Origin: Podarcis gaigeae
Taxonomy: Eukaryota
Direction: 5' to 3' (one strand)
DNA length: 64,000 bases
NCBI GenBank assembly: GCA_964106915.2
Contig: OZ066914.1
Shown one piece after another: positions 63,898 to 64,000 of this stretch (position 1 is its first letter; the number at the start of each line of letters is the position of its first letter). The notes under the pieces are model-generated. The model searched no databases. It was not told the DNA's origin and worked only from the letters and a program-made list of their open reading frames with translations. Both the position numbers and the translations under genes were made by a program.

Positions 63898-64000
63898 GAA
63901 GGGGAATTAATGTCATAGGGGGCACAAAGAGAGCACATTGGATGGAGCCCCCTAAAACTGGAGCCAACTCTACATGATGTTTCAAGTTCCTACTCCAGAC

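Larger units (their letters stand above)
60679..63903 (-). mobile_element. Full-length BovB (RTE-clade) non-LTR retrotransposon, 3225 bp
   Basis: Perfect 13-bp TSD gaattaatgtcat at 60666-60678 and 63904-63916; (CAA)n 3' tail at 60679-60692 directly after the stop codon; single APE+RT ORF; 63721-63770 resembles the Bov-A-type motif (ccatgg...atactggagtgg..ttgcc) as I recall it; length typical of BovB. Confidence 0.96.

Noticed and set aside
60721-63918. Long plus-strand ORFs (313, 193 and 165 aa)
   Set aside because: Antisense shadows of the BovB ORF with no recognisable domains.

Overview
Eukaryotic, repeat-dense, mostly non-coding vertebrate DNA. The transposon mix (Sauria SINEs, BovB, CR1, L2, L1, Rex1, many hAT/Tigger MITEs) points to a squamate, probably a lacertid lizard (inference). 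The only long protein-coding feature is a full-length, apparently intact BovB (RTE-clade) LINE on the minus strand (60679-63903) with a perfect 13-bp target-site duplication (TSD), a (CAA)n tail, an APE+RT ORF and a 38-codon upstream ORF. The rest looks like intronic sequence of a large host gene, probably on the minus strand, that I cannot identify. The three short N runs (140, 156 and 139 nt) sit next to splice-site-like sequence and may hide exons. Several minus-strand splice donors, one with a Kozak ATG (GCCATGGC|gtaagc), suggest alternative first exons. Other notable structures: a SINE-LINE partnership for each of BovB and CR1; an inverted duplication around a 1-kb spacer; a 458-bp LTR-like insert with a 20-bp duplication; a hAT MITE carrying TTAGGG repeats; MITE hairpins; and several nested insertions. 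Almost all short ORFs in the supplied track are spurious or decayed transposon pieces. TE family names come from recognised motifs, not database searches, and boundaries without a TSD are approximate.
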